Below are positions 1 to 8,171 of a stretch of DNA of 64,000 nucleotides, one piece after another. The position numbers were made by a program, and so were the translations under genes. Location of the stretch: contig JBFWNS010000005.1 of NCBI GenBank assembly GCA_050250935.1, positions 11,523 through 75,522 on the forward strand, written 5' to 3'. Under the pieces are notes generated by a model. That model did not search any database. It was not told the DNA's origin and saw only the letters and a program-made list of their open reading frames with translations. Source of the stretch: Candidatus Margulisiibacteriota bacterium. GTDB lineage: Bacteria; Margulisbacteria; Marinamargulisbacteria; JBFWNS01. Each line of letters opens with the position of its first letter. Position 1 is the first letter of the stretch.

Positions 1-20
1 ACCAACTGAGCTAACGGCGC
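1..20 (-). tRNA. 5' end of a probable tRNA (Lys-like), cut by the window edge
   Basis: The reverse complement GCGCCGTTAGCTCAGTTGGT is an acceptor-stem 5' strand plus D-arm start. The anticodon is not visible in the window. Confidence 0.45.
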
Positions 21-65
21 AAAGGAAATGGACAGAACAAGAAGGACAAGCGGAAAAGAGCTTTA

Positions 66-119
66 GCGAGGAATTTGGATTTACTCCAAATTCCGACCCA
101 CAAAACGAGTGGTTTTGTG
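66..119 (+). repeat. Double-hairpin REP-like element, copy 1
   Basis: ggaatttgga-tttac-tccaaattcc followed by cacaaaac-gagtg-gttttgtg; also at 208-261 and inverted at 49772-49825. Confidence 0.8.
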
Positions 120-132
120 ATTACAATAGTAG

Positions 133-162
133 CAGCTGCTCTACCAACTGAGCTAACGGCGC
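133..162 (-). pseudogene. Truncated tRNA 5' half (Lys-like)
   Basis: The reverse complement GCGCCGTTAGCTCAGTTGGTAGAGCAGCTG has an acceptor 5' strand, full D-arm and start of the anticodon stem. No T-arm (GTTCGA) or acceptor 3' strand follows. Confidence 0.7.
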
Positions 163-207
163 AAAGGAAATGGACAGAACAAGAAGGACAAGCGGAAAAG
201 AGCTTTA

Positions 208-261
208 GCGAGGAATTTGGATTTACTCCAAATTCCGACCCACAAAACGAGTGGTTTTGTG
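208..261 (+). repeat. Double-hairpin REP-like element, copy 2
   Basis: Identical to 66-119. Confidence 0.8.
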
Positions 262-519
262 ATTACAATCTTAGCTAAATTTACTTTAGCTAAGGAAACG
301 GTGCAAGTTGGGATAGTTAATTATTTTGAAGGGAAATAGTGTGATCCCCAACTTTAGCAAGGAGTTTGGATTCACCCTAAATACAGCCCTGAGCTGAGCG
401 AGGAACTGGCTTTGCCAGTCCGAGTGGGCCGAGTGCTCGTGAGCCACTTGGTGGCGAGCATGCCGAGGCAAATACACTTCCCACAAAACTTGGGGTTTTG
501 TGCTAATATACCTCCCTCC

Positions 520-2370
520 ATGATTAAATTTTTTGACCAAGTGACCTATACGCAAAAATTGGTGGTGTTGATCCTGGCCGATACCTTGGCTGCGGCTTTG
601 GCTTGGTGGGTGGCCTTTGTTTTTCGGTTTTCTTTTGTAACAGCTTGGGGGTACTTGTCCCAGCATTTGTGGTTGCTACCCATCTTTATGGGGCTTCGCA
701 TCGTGATTTATTTGTATTTTGATTTGTATAAGATTTCGTGGCGGTTTGCCTCTACCCGTGACTTTTTGGCCATCGCCAAAGCCGTTGGGGTGGCGACCTT
801 GGCCTTGATTACGATTCTATATGGGTTGCAAAAAGGGGATTTTCCGAAAAGTGTTGTGGTGTTGGACGGGGTTTTAAATTTTATGTTCGTTGCAGCCGTT
901 CGGGTGAGCGTTAAATTGTTTGTGGAGTATTCCAAAGAAAAAACCTTAAAAAACAGAACCCGTTTTGGCCGAAAGCGAGCGCTTATTATTGGGGCTGGGG
1001 AAGGTGGCGATTTAATTGCCAGGCAGGTGCTGCGCCAATTTAGCGACTACGAGGTTGTTGGGTTTATTGATGAAAATCCGAATAAAAAAGGTTTGCGCAT
1101 TCATGGGTTGCCGGTGTTGGGCAACATGGCGTCTTTGTCGCATTGGGTGAGCTTGCATCGCATTGATGAGGCCATTATTGCCATTCCCTCGGCTACTGGG
1201 GCTCAGGTTCGCGATATTGTGACGGGCTGCGAACAGGCCGAAATATCTTTTAAAATCACACCCGGTTTAAACGATATTTTAGAAGGGACCTATAAGACCA
1301 CGCCCATTCGGGATGTTCAAATCGAGGACTTGCTGGGTCGGGATGTTGTCGAAACCAGCATGGGCGTTGTGGATTCTTATCTTCAAGATAAAGTTGTGTT
1401 GGTCACAGGGGCTGGGGGCTCGATTGGGTCGGAATTGTGTCGCCAGATTGCACACCATCACCCCAAAAATTTGGTGTTGTTGGATAACAGCGAAACGGCG
1501 TTGTTCTATGCCGAGCTCGACATTCGACAGCTTCAGTTGTCTTTGGGGGTCGAGGCTTGTGTGGCGAATGTCTCGGATGCTACCCGCATGAAAGCGGTGT
1601 TTGAGTTGTATCGCCCTCAGGTGGTGTTTCATGCCGCGGCCTATAAACATGTGCCACTGATGGAAGGAAACCCCCGAGAGGCGGTGATTAACAATATCCT
1701 GGGCACCAAAACCATTATCGAATTGTCCCACCGGTTTGGGGTCGAGCGGTTTGTTTTGATCTCGACGGACAAGGCTGTAAACCCCACGAACTGCATGGGG
1801 GCTTCCAAACGGGTTTGCGAATGGCTGATGCAACAGGCTGCTCAAGACAGTAAAACGGTGTTTTCTGCCGTTCGGTTTGGCAATGTTTTGGGCTCGCAAG
1901 GCAGTGTGGTGCCGCTGTTTAAACAACAAATTGCCAAGGGGGGGCCAGTTACGGTGACCCATCCTGATATTACCCGCTATTTCATGACCATCCCCGAAGC
2001 CGTTCGGCTGGTTTTACAAGCTGGGGCTTTGTCGGCAGGCGGGGAGATTTTTGTGTTGGATATGGGCGAACCCGTCAAAATTGTGCAACTGGCCAAGGAT
2101 TTGATTCACCTGTCTGGCCTTGAAGAAGGACGGGAGATTCAGATTGTCTTTACGGGCCTTCGGCCTGGCGAAAAACTGTACGAAGAATTGTTCTATGCGA
2201 ATGAGGCCCTGGCCTTAACCCCTCACCGTAAGATTTTTAAAACCCCATTGGCCCCTGTTCGCGAAGACCTTTTGCATCGGGTGGAAGGCTTGATTCTAGA
2301 CTGTGACCAATTGCCACCCCAAGAACTTGGCAAAGCCTTAATGGCCTTGGTTTCGCTCTTGGGGCACTAG
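520..2370 (+). CDS. Membrane-anchored nucleoside-diphosphate-sugar dehydratase (CapD/PglF/WbpM family)
   Basis: N-terminal TM helices, IIGAGEGG, VTGAGGSIGSE, FHAAAYKHVP, ISTDKAVNPTNCMGASKR, RFGNVLGS, GLRPGEKLYEEL. Start placed at ATG 520 rather than 412. Confidence 0.92.
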   Translation: MIKFFDQVTYTQKLVVLILADTLAAALAWWVAFVFRFSFVTAWGYLSQHLWLLPIFMGLRIVIYLYFDLYKISWRFASTRDFLAIAKAVGVATLALITILYGLQKGDFPKSVVVLDGVLNFMFVAAVRVSVKLFVEYSKEKTLKNRTRFGRKRALIIGAGEGGDLIARQVLRQFSDYEVVGFIDENPNKKGLRIHGLPVLGNMASLSHWVSLHRIDEAIIAIPSATGAQVRDIVTGCEQAEISFKITPGLNDILEGTYKTTPIRDVQIEDLLGRDVVETSMGVVDSYLQDKVVLVTGAGGSIGSELCRQIAHHHPKNLVLLDNSETALFYAELDIRQLQLSLGVEACVANVSDATRMKAVFELYRPQVVFHAAAYKHVPLMEGNPREAVINNILGTKTIIELSHRFGVERFVLISTDKAVNPTNCMGASKRVCEWLMQQAAQDSKTVFSAVRFGNVLGSQGSVVPLFKQQIAKGGPVTVTHPDITRYFMTIPEAVRLVLQAGALSAGGEIFVLDMGEPVKIVQLAKDLIHLSGLEEGREIQIVFTGLRPGEKLYEELFYANEALALTPHRKIFKTPLAPVREDLLHRVEGLILDCDQLPPQELGKALMALVSLLGH

Positions 2371-2383
2371 CTTTAGCGGTTTG

Positions 2384-3781
2384 TTAGTCCATTTTCTCGA
2401 TGTGTTTTCGGCTGTAGAAATAATAGATCAATAACCCGATGGCCATCCAAGCCACCAACCGAATCCAAGTGTCTTTGGGCAGGGCTGCCATTTGAACAAA
2501 GGCGGCTGTAGCGCCTAGAACAGGAACTACAGGAACCCAGGGGGTTCGGAAAGGGCGGTGCAAGTCGGGCTTGGTTTTACGCAAAACCAAAACGGCAATG
2601 CACACAATGGCAAAGGCCAATAAGGTCCCAATCGACACCAACTCTCCCAAAAGACCAATGGGGAAAAGCCCAGCAATCACCATGGCGGCCAACCCGCTGA
2701 TGAGGGTGGTGATGTAGGGGGTATGCCATTTTTCGTGGACGCGGCTGAATACTTTGGGCAAGAAACCGTCTTTGGCCATGGCATAGAAAATGCGGGATTG
2801 GCCCATAATCATCACCAAAATAACCGAACTTAGCCCAAAAATAGCGCCTAGTTTAATAAAAGGACGCAACCAGGCAAGGCCAGGACCGGCTGCATTAATT
2901 CCGACGGCGATGGGATCGGCCACATTGAGTGCGGTGTAGCCCACGAGCCCTGTCAAAACCAAAGAAACCAGAATATAGATGATGGTGGAAATTCCCAAAG
3001 ACCCTAAAATCCCAACCGGCATATCGGTTTGGGGGCTTTTGGCTTCTTGGGCAGTGGTTGAAACGGCGTCAAAACCAATGTAGGCAAAGAAAATAACCGC
3101 AGCACCCCGCAAAATGCCGCTCCAGCCATAGTGGCCAAATTCGCCAGTGTTGGGGGGGATAAACGGCGTCCAATTGGCGGGATTAATGTATTTGATCCCA
3201 AACCCAATAAAGGCAAAAATAACCGCTAATTTAATAAACACGATCCAGTTGTTCACTTTGGCAGAGGCCTTGATGCCCGACATGAGCAGCAGGGTAATGG
3301 CCAACACAATCAACATGGCCGGCACATTAATGTAGGCCCCAGTAGACACCCAGCCCCCAGCGAGGGTGTGGTTGAAGGGGGCTTGGCAGAGTGTTTGGGG
3401 AATGTGGATGCCGAAATCGCTTAAAAAGTTCACCACATAGCCCGACCAGCCCACTGCAACCGTCGAGGACGCAAACAAGTATTCCAAAATCAAGTCCCAG
3501 CCGATAATCCAAGCCATAAAATTGCCCAGGGTATAGCGTGCATAGGTATAGGCGCTACCTGCCTGGGGCAGCATCGAGGCAAACTCGGCATAACACAGAC
3601 CAGCCAGGGCGCAGACGATGCCCGAAATGATAAACGAAATCACAATGCCAGGTCCGGCATATTGGGCTGCGGCTTGGCCCGTCAGTACAAAAATCCCTGC
3701 ACCAATGATGGCGCCAATGCCCAAATTGACCAGGTTGAGTTTTCCCAGGGCGTGTTCGAGCTCTTGAGGCTTCTCTGACAT
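2384..3781 (-). CDS. APC-family amino acid permease
   Basis: GIGAIIGAGIF, CYAEFAS, FFAYIGFD, about 12 TM segments. GGAGG Shine-Dalgarno before ATG 3781. Confidence 0.92.
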   Translation of the reverse strand: MSEKPQELEHALGKLNLVNLGIGAIIGAGIFVLTGQAAAQYAGPGIVISFIISGIVCALAGLCYAEFASMLPQAGSAYTYARYTLGNFMAWIIGWDLILEYLFASSTVAVGWSGYVVNFLSDFGIHIPQTLCQAPFNHTLAGGWVSTGAYINVPAMLIVLAITLLLMSGIKASAKVNNWIVFIKLAVIFAFIGFGIKYINPANWTPFIPPNTGEFGHYGWSGILRGAAVIFFAYIGFDAVSTTAQEAKSPQTDMPVGILGSLGISTIIYILVSLVLTGLVGYTALNVADPIAVGINAAGPGLAWLRPFIKLGAIFGLSSVILVMIMGQSRIFYAMAKDGFLPKVFSRVHEKWHTPYITTLISGLAAMVIAGLFPIGLLGELVSIGTLLAFAIVCIAVLVLRKTKPDLHRPFRTPWVPVVPVLGATAAFVQMAALPKDTWIRLVAWMAIGLLIYYFYSRKHIEKMD

Positions 3782-3865
3782 TAACTTCCTCCTTTTAAAG
3801 GGTCTAAAAAATGGGGGTAAAGTGCGATTGTAGCCCATTTTGCCCCAAAATTGAAGGAAAGGGGG

Positions 3866-4768
3866 TTAGGTGTCTAGAAAATCCAAGGCCTCTTGGGCCA
3901 TTTTTTGCGCCAAATCCAAGCCGTTTTCGATGGGGACTGTTTCGTCGCAGCGCCAGGTTTTTCCTGGTGTGTGGTGGGCCAAAAAGCCCCGTAATCGTAA
4001 GCCCGTTTTTTCAAGGGTGGCATAGAGGCCTAGCGGAGAAGCGCAGTCCAGACCCACTTGGCTTAAAAAGGCCAATTCGGTTTGGGACAACAGGGTTTGG
4101 GTGGGGTCCGAAAGGGCAGCGCACCAGTGCTGGGCCTTGGCATCGTCGCTGCGATGTTCCAAGGCAATCACCCCTTGGCCGGGGGCTGGCAAAAATTCCT
4201 CTGGGGAAAGGGTTTGGGTAATGTGATGGGTCAGGTTCAGGCGGATTAGGCCGGCTTCGGACAGCAGAATGGCATCGAGACCCTGGGTTGGATCGGCCAG
4301 TTTGGCCAGGCGGGTTTCAACATTGCCGCGAATGGGTTTTGTGTTGAGGTCCGGGCATAGCATCGACAGCTGGGCGACGCGCCGGGCAGCCCCTGTTCCC
4401 ACCACTGCGCAAGTGGGCAGGGTGTCGAGGGTATAATTCCCCTTACAGACCAAGGCGTCCAAGCGGGATTCGGGTTTTAAAAATCCCCCCAAAACCAAGC
4501 CTGGCAAGAGGGTGCTGGTGATGTCTTTGAGGCTGTGCACGGCAATATCGATGGTGTTTTGAACCAAAGCCGTTTCGATGTCCCGAATAAAGACCCCTTT
4601 GCCCCCAATCTGGGACAGCAAGCTGGTTTGGTTCCGGTCGCCTTCGGTTTTGATGATGTGGATCTCGACTGTCGTGCCTGGAAAAGCCGCTTCCAGTTCG
4701 GTTTTGACACGGTTGGCTTGAATCAAGGCCAAGGCAGAGCCTCGGGTCCCCAGCCGAATGGGGGTCAT
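3866..4768 (-). CDS. hemC: Hydroxymethylbilane synthase (porphobilinogen deaminase)
   Basis: LGTRGSALALIQA, GGKGVF, DIAVHSLKD, IRGNVETRL, PAPGQG, cofactor Cys in GLDCASPLG. Confidence 0.95.
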   Translation of the reverse strand: MTPIRLGTRGSALALIQANRVKTELEAAFPGTTVEIHIIKTEGDRNQTSLLSQIGGKGVFIRDIETALVQNTIDIAVHSLKDITSTLLPGLVLGGFLKPESRLDALVCKGNYTLDTLPTCAVVGTGAARRVAQLSMLCPDLNTKPIRGNVETRLAKLADPTQGLDAILLSEAGLIRLNLTHHITQTLSPEEFLPAPGQGVIALEHRSDDAKAQHWCAALSDPTQTLLSQTELAFLSQVGLDCASPLGLYATLEKTGLRLRGFLAHHTPGKTWRCDETVPIENGLDLAQKMAQEALDFLDT

Positions 4769-5784
4769 GATGCGGCAGCGACCCGGTGGGTTTGCCAGGA
4801 CCGCAGTTGGTTCAGCTCGTCGGTGATGATGCTTTGAATGTGCTCCGATTCGTTGCGTCGGTTTTGCATGGTTTTTTGGACCACAGCCTCCAAGCCATCC
4901 AAGGTTAAGACCACGGTATTGGCCAAGGTTTGAACGTCGGGGTTAATGTTTCTGGGCAATCCCAAATCGATAAAGAGCTTGGGTGCATGGGTCGAAAATT
5001 GGGCGGCGTTGATCAGATACGTCGAGGTGCCGGTTGCTGCAACCACCACATCAAATTCGGCAAGATCGGATTTAATAAACGAAAAAGGAAAGGGTTTGAT
5101 GCCGTGTTTTTCGCAAATACGGCCTAGTTTTTCTTCGGTGCGGTTGGTAATGAAAATGTTTTGGTGGCCCAGGGCAACCAGTTTTTTAACCGCCCTTAAC
5201 CCCATGGTGCCAACACCAATAATTAAAATCGGATGCTCTAAATAGTCGGGGAAAACGTCCCGAATGGCTTCGACGGCAATGGAACTGATGGAATAAGACC
5301 CCCGGCTGATGGAGGTTTCTTTGCGAATGCGTTTGCCAATGGCGATGGCGGTTTGAAAGACCTTGTTAAGTACCGCTTGGGTGAGGCCATTTTCTTGGGC
5401 TTGGGCATAGGCGGTTTTGACTTGTCCCAAAATCTCGTTTTCGCCAAAGACCATGGATTGGGCCCCAGCCACAACCTCGCACAAGTGTTGTAATACGGGT
5501 TGTCCGGCATCGAAGCGCAGCAGGTCTTGAACCCGGGTCAAGGGCAGGCCATGCAGCTCGGACAAGGTTTGATACAGCCCTGCGGCAGCCACATTGGTGT
5601 CTTGGGCAATAAAATACAATTCCACCCGGTTGCAGGTGGTCAGCATCACCAGTTCTGAAAGCCCGAAGGTCTGGGACAACACCACCTGTTTTAGAACGGC
5701 TTTTTTAGCGTCATCCAGATAGATTTGTTCGATATCTTCCAGGGCATTCCGTTTGTAGTCCGTGCCCAAAAACCCGATCTTCAT
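4765..5784 (-). CDS. hemA: Glutamyl-tRNA reductase, short form
   Basis: TTCNRVELY, SMVFGENEILGQVK, IIGVGTMG, DLGLPRNI. Only 339 aa. Confidence 0.92.
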   Translation of the reverse strand: MKIGFLGTDYKRNALEDIEQIYLDDAKKAVLKQVVLSQTFGLSELVMLTTCNRVELYFIAQDTNVAAAGLYQTLSELHGLPLTRVQDLLRFDAGQPVLQHLCEVVAGAQSMVFGENEILGQVKTAYAQAQENGLTQAVLNKVFQTAIAIGKRIRKETSISRGSYSISSIAVEAIRDVFPDYLEHPILIIGVGTMGLRAVKKLVALGHQNIFITNRTEEKLGRICEKHGIKPFPFSFIKSDLAEFDVVVAATGTSTYLINAAQFSTHAPKLFIDLGLPRNINPDVQTLANTVVLTLDGLEAVVQKTMQNRRNESEHIQSIITDELNQLRSWQTHRVAAAS

Positions 5785-6983
5785 TGCTTGGTGACGAGCC
5801 CTTTCGCAATTTCGATGGCCCGTTGAAGCTGGTAATCTTTGCCATAGCTGTAGGTATAGCCTGGGTTTTCCATGGCCTTAAGATCGGCACTGGGAATGGC
5901 GGCATCGATGTTAACTGAAACCCCTTTTTTCGTGATGTCTGTGCCATTGGGGGTTTGATAGTGCGCGATGGTATAGAGGACGGCAGATCCATCGGGTAAA
6001 TTTTGAACCTTTTGAACCGAGGCCTTGCCAAAGGTGTGAACGCCAACGATGGTGCCACGGCGATTGTCTTTGATGGCCCCTGCCAAAATTTCGGAAGCCG
6101 AAGCAGACCCTTCGTTGACCAAAATCACCAAAGGACCCCGGTACAAGGGCGAATCGCCGGCCGATTCGGTTTGACGGTTTCCATCTCGGTCTACGGTATG
6201 CACAATATCGCCACCGTCCAAAAAGAGGTTGGCAATGTTAATGGCATTGGTTAAAAGACCGCCGCCGTTGTAGCGCAAATCGATAATCAGGGCTTTGAGG
6301 TTTTGTTTTTGTAGTTTTTGAATAGCGTCCACCATTTCGTCGGTGGCGTTTTGGCTTTCGAAGGTGGTGAGCCGAACATAGCCCACATTGCCTTTGAACA
6401 ATTCGACTTTGTCCACGGCTTTTAATTGAATTTTGTCGCGAATGATGGTGAAGCTGAGGGTTTTGGATCGGTTGGCCCGTTGAACGGTCAGGGTGACGGG
6501 GGTGCCCCGTTTACCCCGAATTTTGGACACGGCTTCGTTGAGTCCCAGCCCGGCTGTGGATTCCCCGTCGATGGTTAAAATCACGTCCCCGGCTTTCATG
6601 CCCAGTTTGTCGGCTGGGGTGCCAATGATGGGCGCGATGACGGTGATGCGGTCGTTTTTCATGCCAATTTGAATGCCGATGCCATAAAATTCCCCTTCCA
6701 TGCGGGTTTGCATGTCTTGGAAACTTTTGGGTTCTAAAAAGCGGGTGTAAGGGTCGCCCAATGCCGCCAAATAGCCTTTGATGGCCCCGTATTCGAGTTT
6801 GGTGTCGTCGAGTTTTTTATCCACATAGCCGGTGCGAATGTAGGCTCGGATGGTGCCCAACAAACGGTAATCGCCTGTCGAGGAATACTGGGCAGAAACG
6901 TGGCTTTGAAAAAAAACGCCACAAAAAAACATAATGCCCATGCCCAAACAAATAAAGGCACTTCGGAGTAGATTTCGCTTCAC
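5781..6983 (-). CDS. S41 carboxyl-terminal processing protease (CtpA/Prc family)
   Basis: N-terminal anchor, LGDPYT, PDZ GIGIQI, DLRYNGGG, SASASEI, TFGKASVQ. Confidence 0.93.
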   Translation of the reverse strand: MKRNLLRSAFICLGMGIMFFCGVFFQSHVSAQYSSTGDYRLLGTIRAYIRTGYVDKKLDDTKLEYGAIKGYLAALGDPYTRFLEPKSFQDMQTRMEGEFYGIGIQIGMKNDRITVIAPIIGTPADKLGMKAGDVILTIDGESTAGLGLNEAVSKIRGKRGTPVTLTVQRANRSKTLSFTIIRDKIQLKAVDKVELFKGNVGYVRLTTFESQNATDEMVDAIQKLQKQNLKALIIDLRYNGGGLLTNAINIANLFLDGGDIVHTVDRDGNRQTESAGDSPLYRGPLVILVNEGSASASEILAGAIKDNRRGTIVGVHTFGKASVQKVQNLPDGSAVLYTIAHYQTPNGTDITKKGVSVNIDAAIPSADLKAMENPGYTYSYGKDYQLQRAIEIAKGLVTKQ

Positions 6984-7170
6984 GGCAGGTTCCTTAAACG
7001 GTGGGATATCGGGGTGCAGGCCAACGGCTGCGTTTAAAAGAGCAGCCCATTATACGCCAGCCCCAGGGGGTTGTCACCTGTTGAGGGAGCACTGGTCCAA
7101 GCCGCTTTCGGGGCCATTTTGGTGTTGGCATCGTTTTGAGATTATTCCCCATTTGATATAGGATTTGAAC

Positions 7171-8034
7171 ATGACAACTGTGCCATTTTTGATTACCGGT
7201 GCTGGGGGGATGTTGGCCAAGGCCTTTCGAACCCTTTTGCCAGCCTCGCAGGTGATTGCTGCCGATTCCAAAACCCTGGATGTTACGGATGCCGTTGCCA
7301 TCGAGAAAGCCTTGGATGCCGGACCTCTTCGGGCTGTCATTCATTGCGCTGCTTATACCCAGGTGGATGCTTGCGAAACGAACATTGAAAAAGCGCTGTT
7401 GGTGAATGGAACTGCAGTGGGGCATTTGGCTCTGGCCTGTGCCAAACGTGGGATTCCTTTGGTGCATTTTTCCACGGACTATGTGTTTGATGGGGAAAAA
7501 CCATCGGCGTATGTCGAAGACGATGTCTGTTCTCCCATTAACCGCTATGGGGAATCCAAATGGGCTGGGGAGCAAGCGTTGCAAGCGGTTGCCCAGCACC
7601 ATCCGAATTGGCCTTATTTTATTTTTCGCATCCAGTGGCTGTATGGGGCTGGTGGGGTGCATTTTGTGGATACGATTGCACGGCTGGCCAAAGAGAAGGG
7701 CGCCCTGTCTGTTGTTCGGGACCAGTGGGGGAGCCCGAGTTGGACCCTCGATATCGCAGCTTCTGTGCTGTCGTTTTTGCAGCGTCCGGGTCCGCGGGGC
7801 ATCTATCACTTGGCCAATCAGGGCTATACCACCTGGTACGATCTGACGGTGATGGTATTGGCCGAACTGGGCATTCCCTGTCAGCTGACCCCTGTGGATT
7901 CTTCGGCCTTTCCTCGCCCTGCAAAACGACCCCATCAATCGTCGTTGTCGATTGGGCGGTTTTTGGGTACTGGGGCCAAACCGCCGCTGCATTGGCGGGA
8001 TGCCGTGCAACTTTTTTTAAAATCAAACCGATAA
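7171..8034 (+). CDS. rfbD: dTDP-4-dehydrorhamnose reductase
   Basis: ITGAGGML, HCAAYTQVDACE, STDYVFDG, YGESK, DQWGSPS, PAKRP. Confidence 0.92.
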   Translation: MTTVPFLITGAGGMLAKAFRTLLPASQVIAADSKTLDVTDAVAIEKALDAGPLRAVIHCAAYTQVDACETNIEKALLVNGTAVGHLALACAKRGIPLVHFSTDYVFDGEKPSAYVEDDVCSPINRYGESKWAGEQALQAVAQHHPNWPYFIFRIQWLYGAGGVHFVDTIARLAKEKGALSVVRDQWGSPSWTLDIAASVLSFLQRPGPRGIYHLANQGYTTWYDLTVMVLAELGIPCQLTPVDSSAFPRPAKRPHQSSLSIGRFLGTGAKPPLHWRDAVQLFLKSNR

Positions 8035-8171
8035 TTGAATAAAGGTGTCCCTTGTAACAATTACATTCAGGAGGATTGGGAGTTATTGCGTGATCCCAGG
8101 TTTAGAGTCCCCATATTTAGGGTATTGTTCTTCAAAATAGCCTAACAAACCCCCACATAAGAGGTGCCCCT

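Larger units (their letters stand above)
1..269. repeat. Tandem duplication, 142-bp period (1-127 identical to 143-269)
   Basis: accaactgagctaacggcgc...gattacaat occurs at 1-127 and again at 143-269, separated by agtagcagctgctct. The unit may extend left of the window. Confidence 0.95.

Noticed and set aside
118..162. Complete tRNA-Thr(TGT) suggested by TTGTAATC on the minus strand
   Set aside because: The anticodon stem does not pair, and there is no T-arm or acceptor 3' strand; that sequence abuts the hairpin element.
1..269. CRISPR array
   Set aside because: The whole 127 bp is duplicated with no unique spacers, and no cas genes are present.
75..278. 67-aa ORF, and its look-alike N-terminus in ORF 49526-49816
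   Set aside because: The similarity is just translation of the hairpin DNA repeat; neither looks like a real gene.
6994..8010. 338-aa antisense ORF and similar shadow ORFs opposite cysS, lpdA, rel and the CapD-like gene
   Set aside because: They lie antisense to well-supported genes and show no recognisable motifs.
8053..8065. tgtaa-caa-ttaca palindrome upstream of the giant ORF
   Set aside because: Short, AT-rich and single; insufficient support for an operator.
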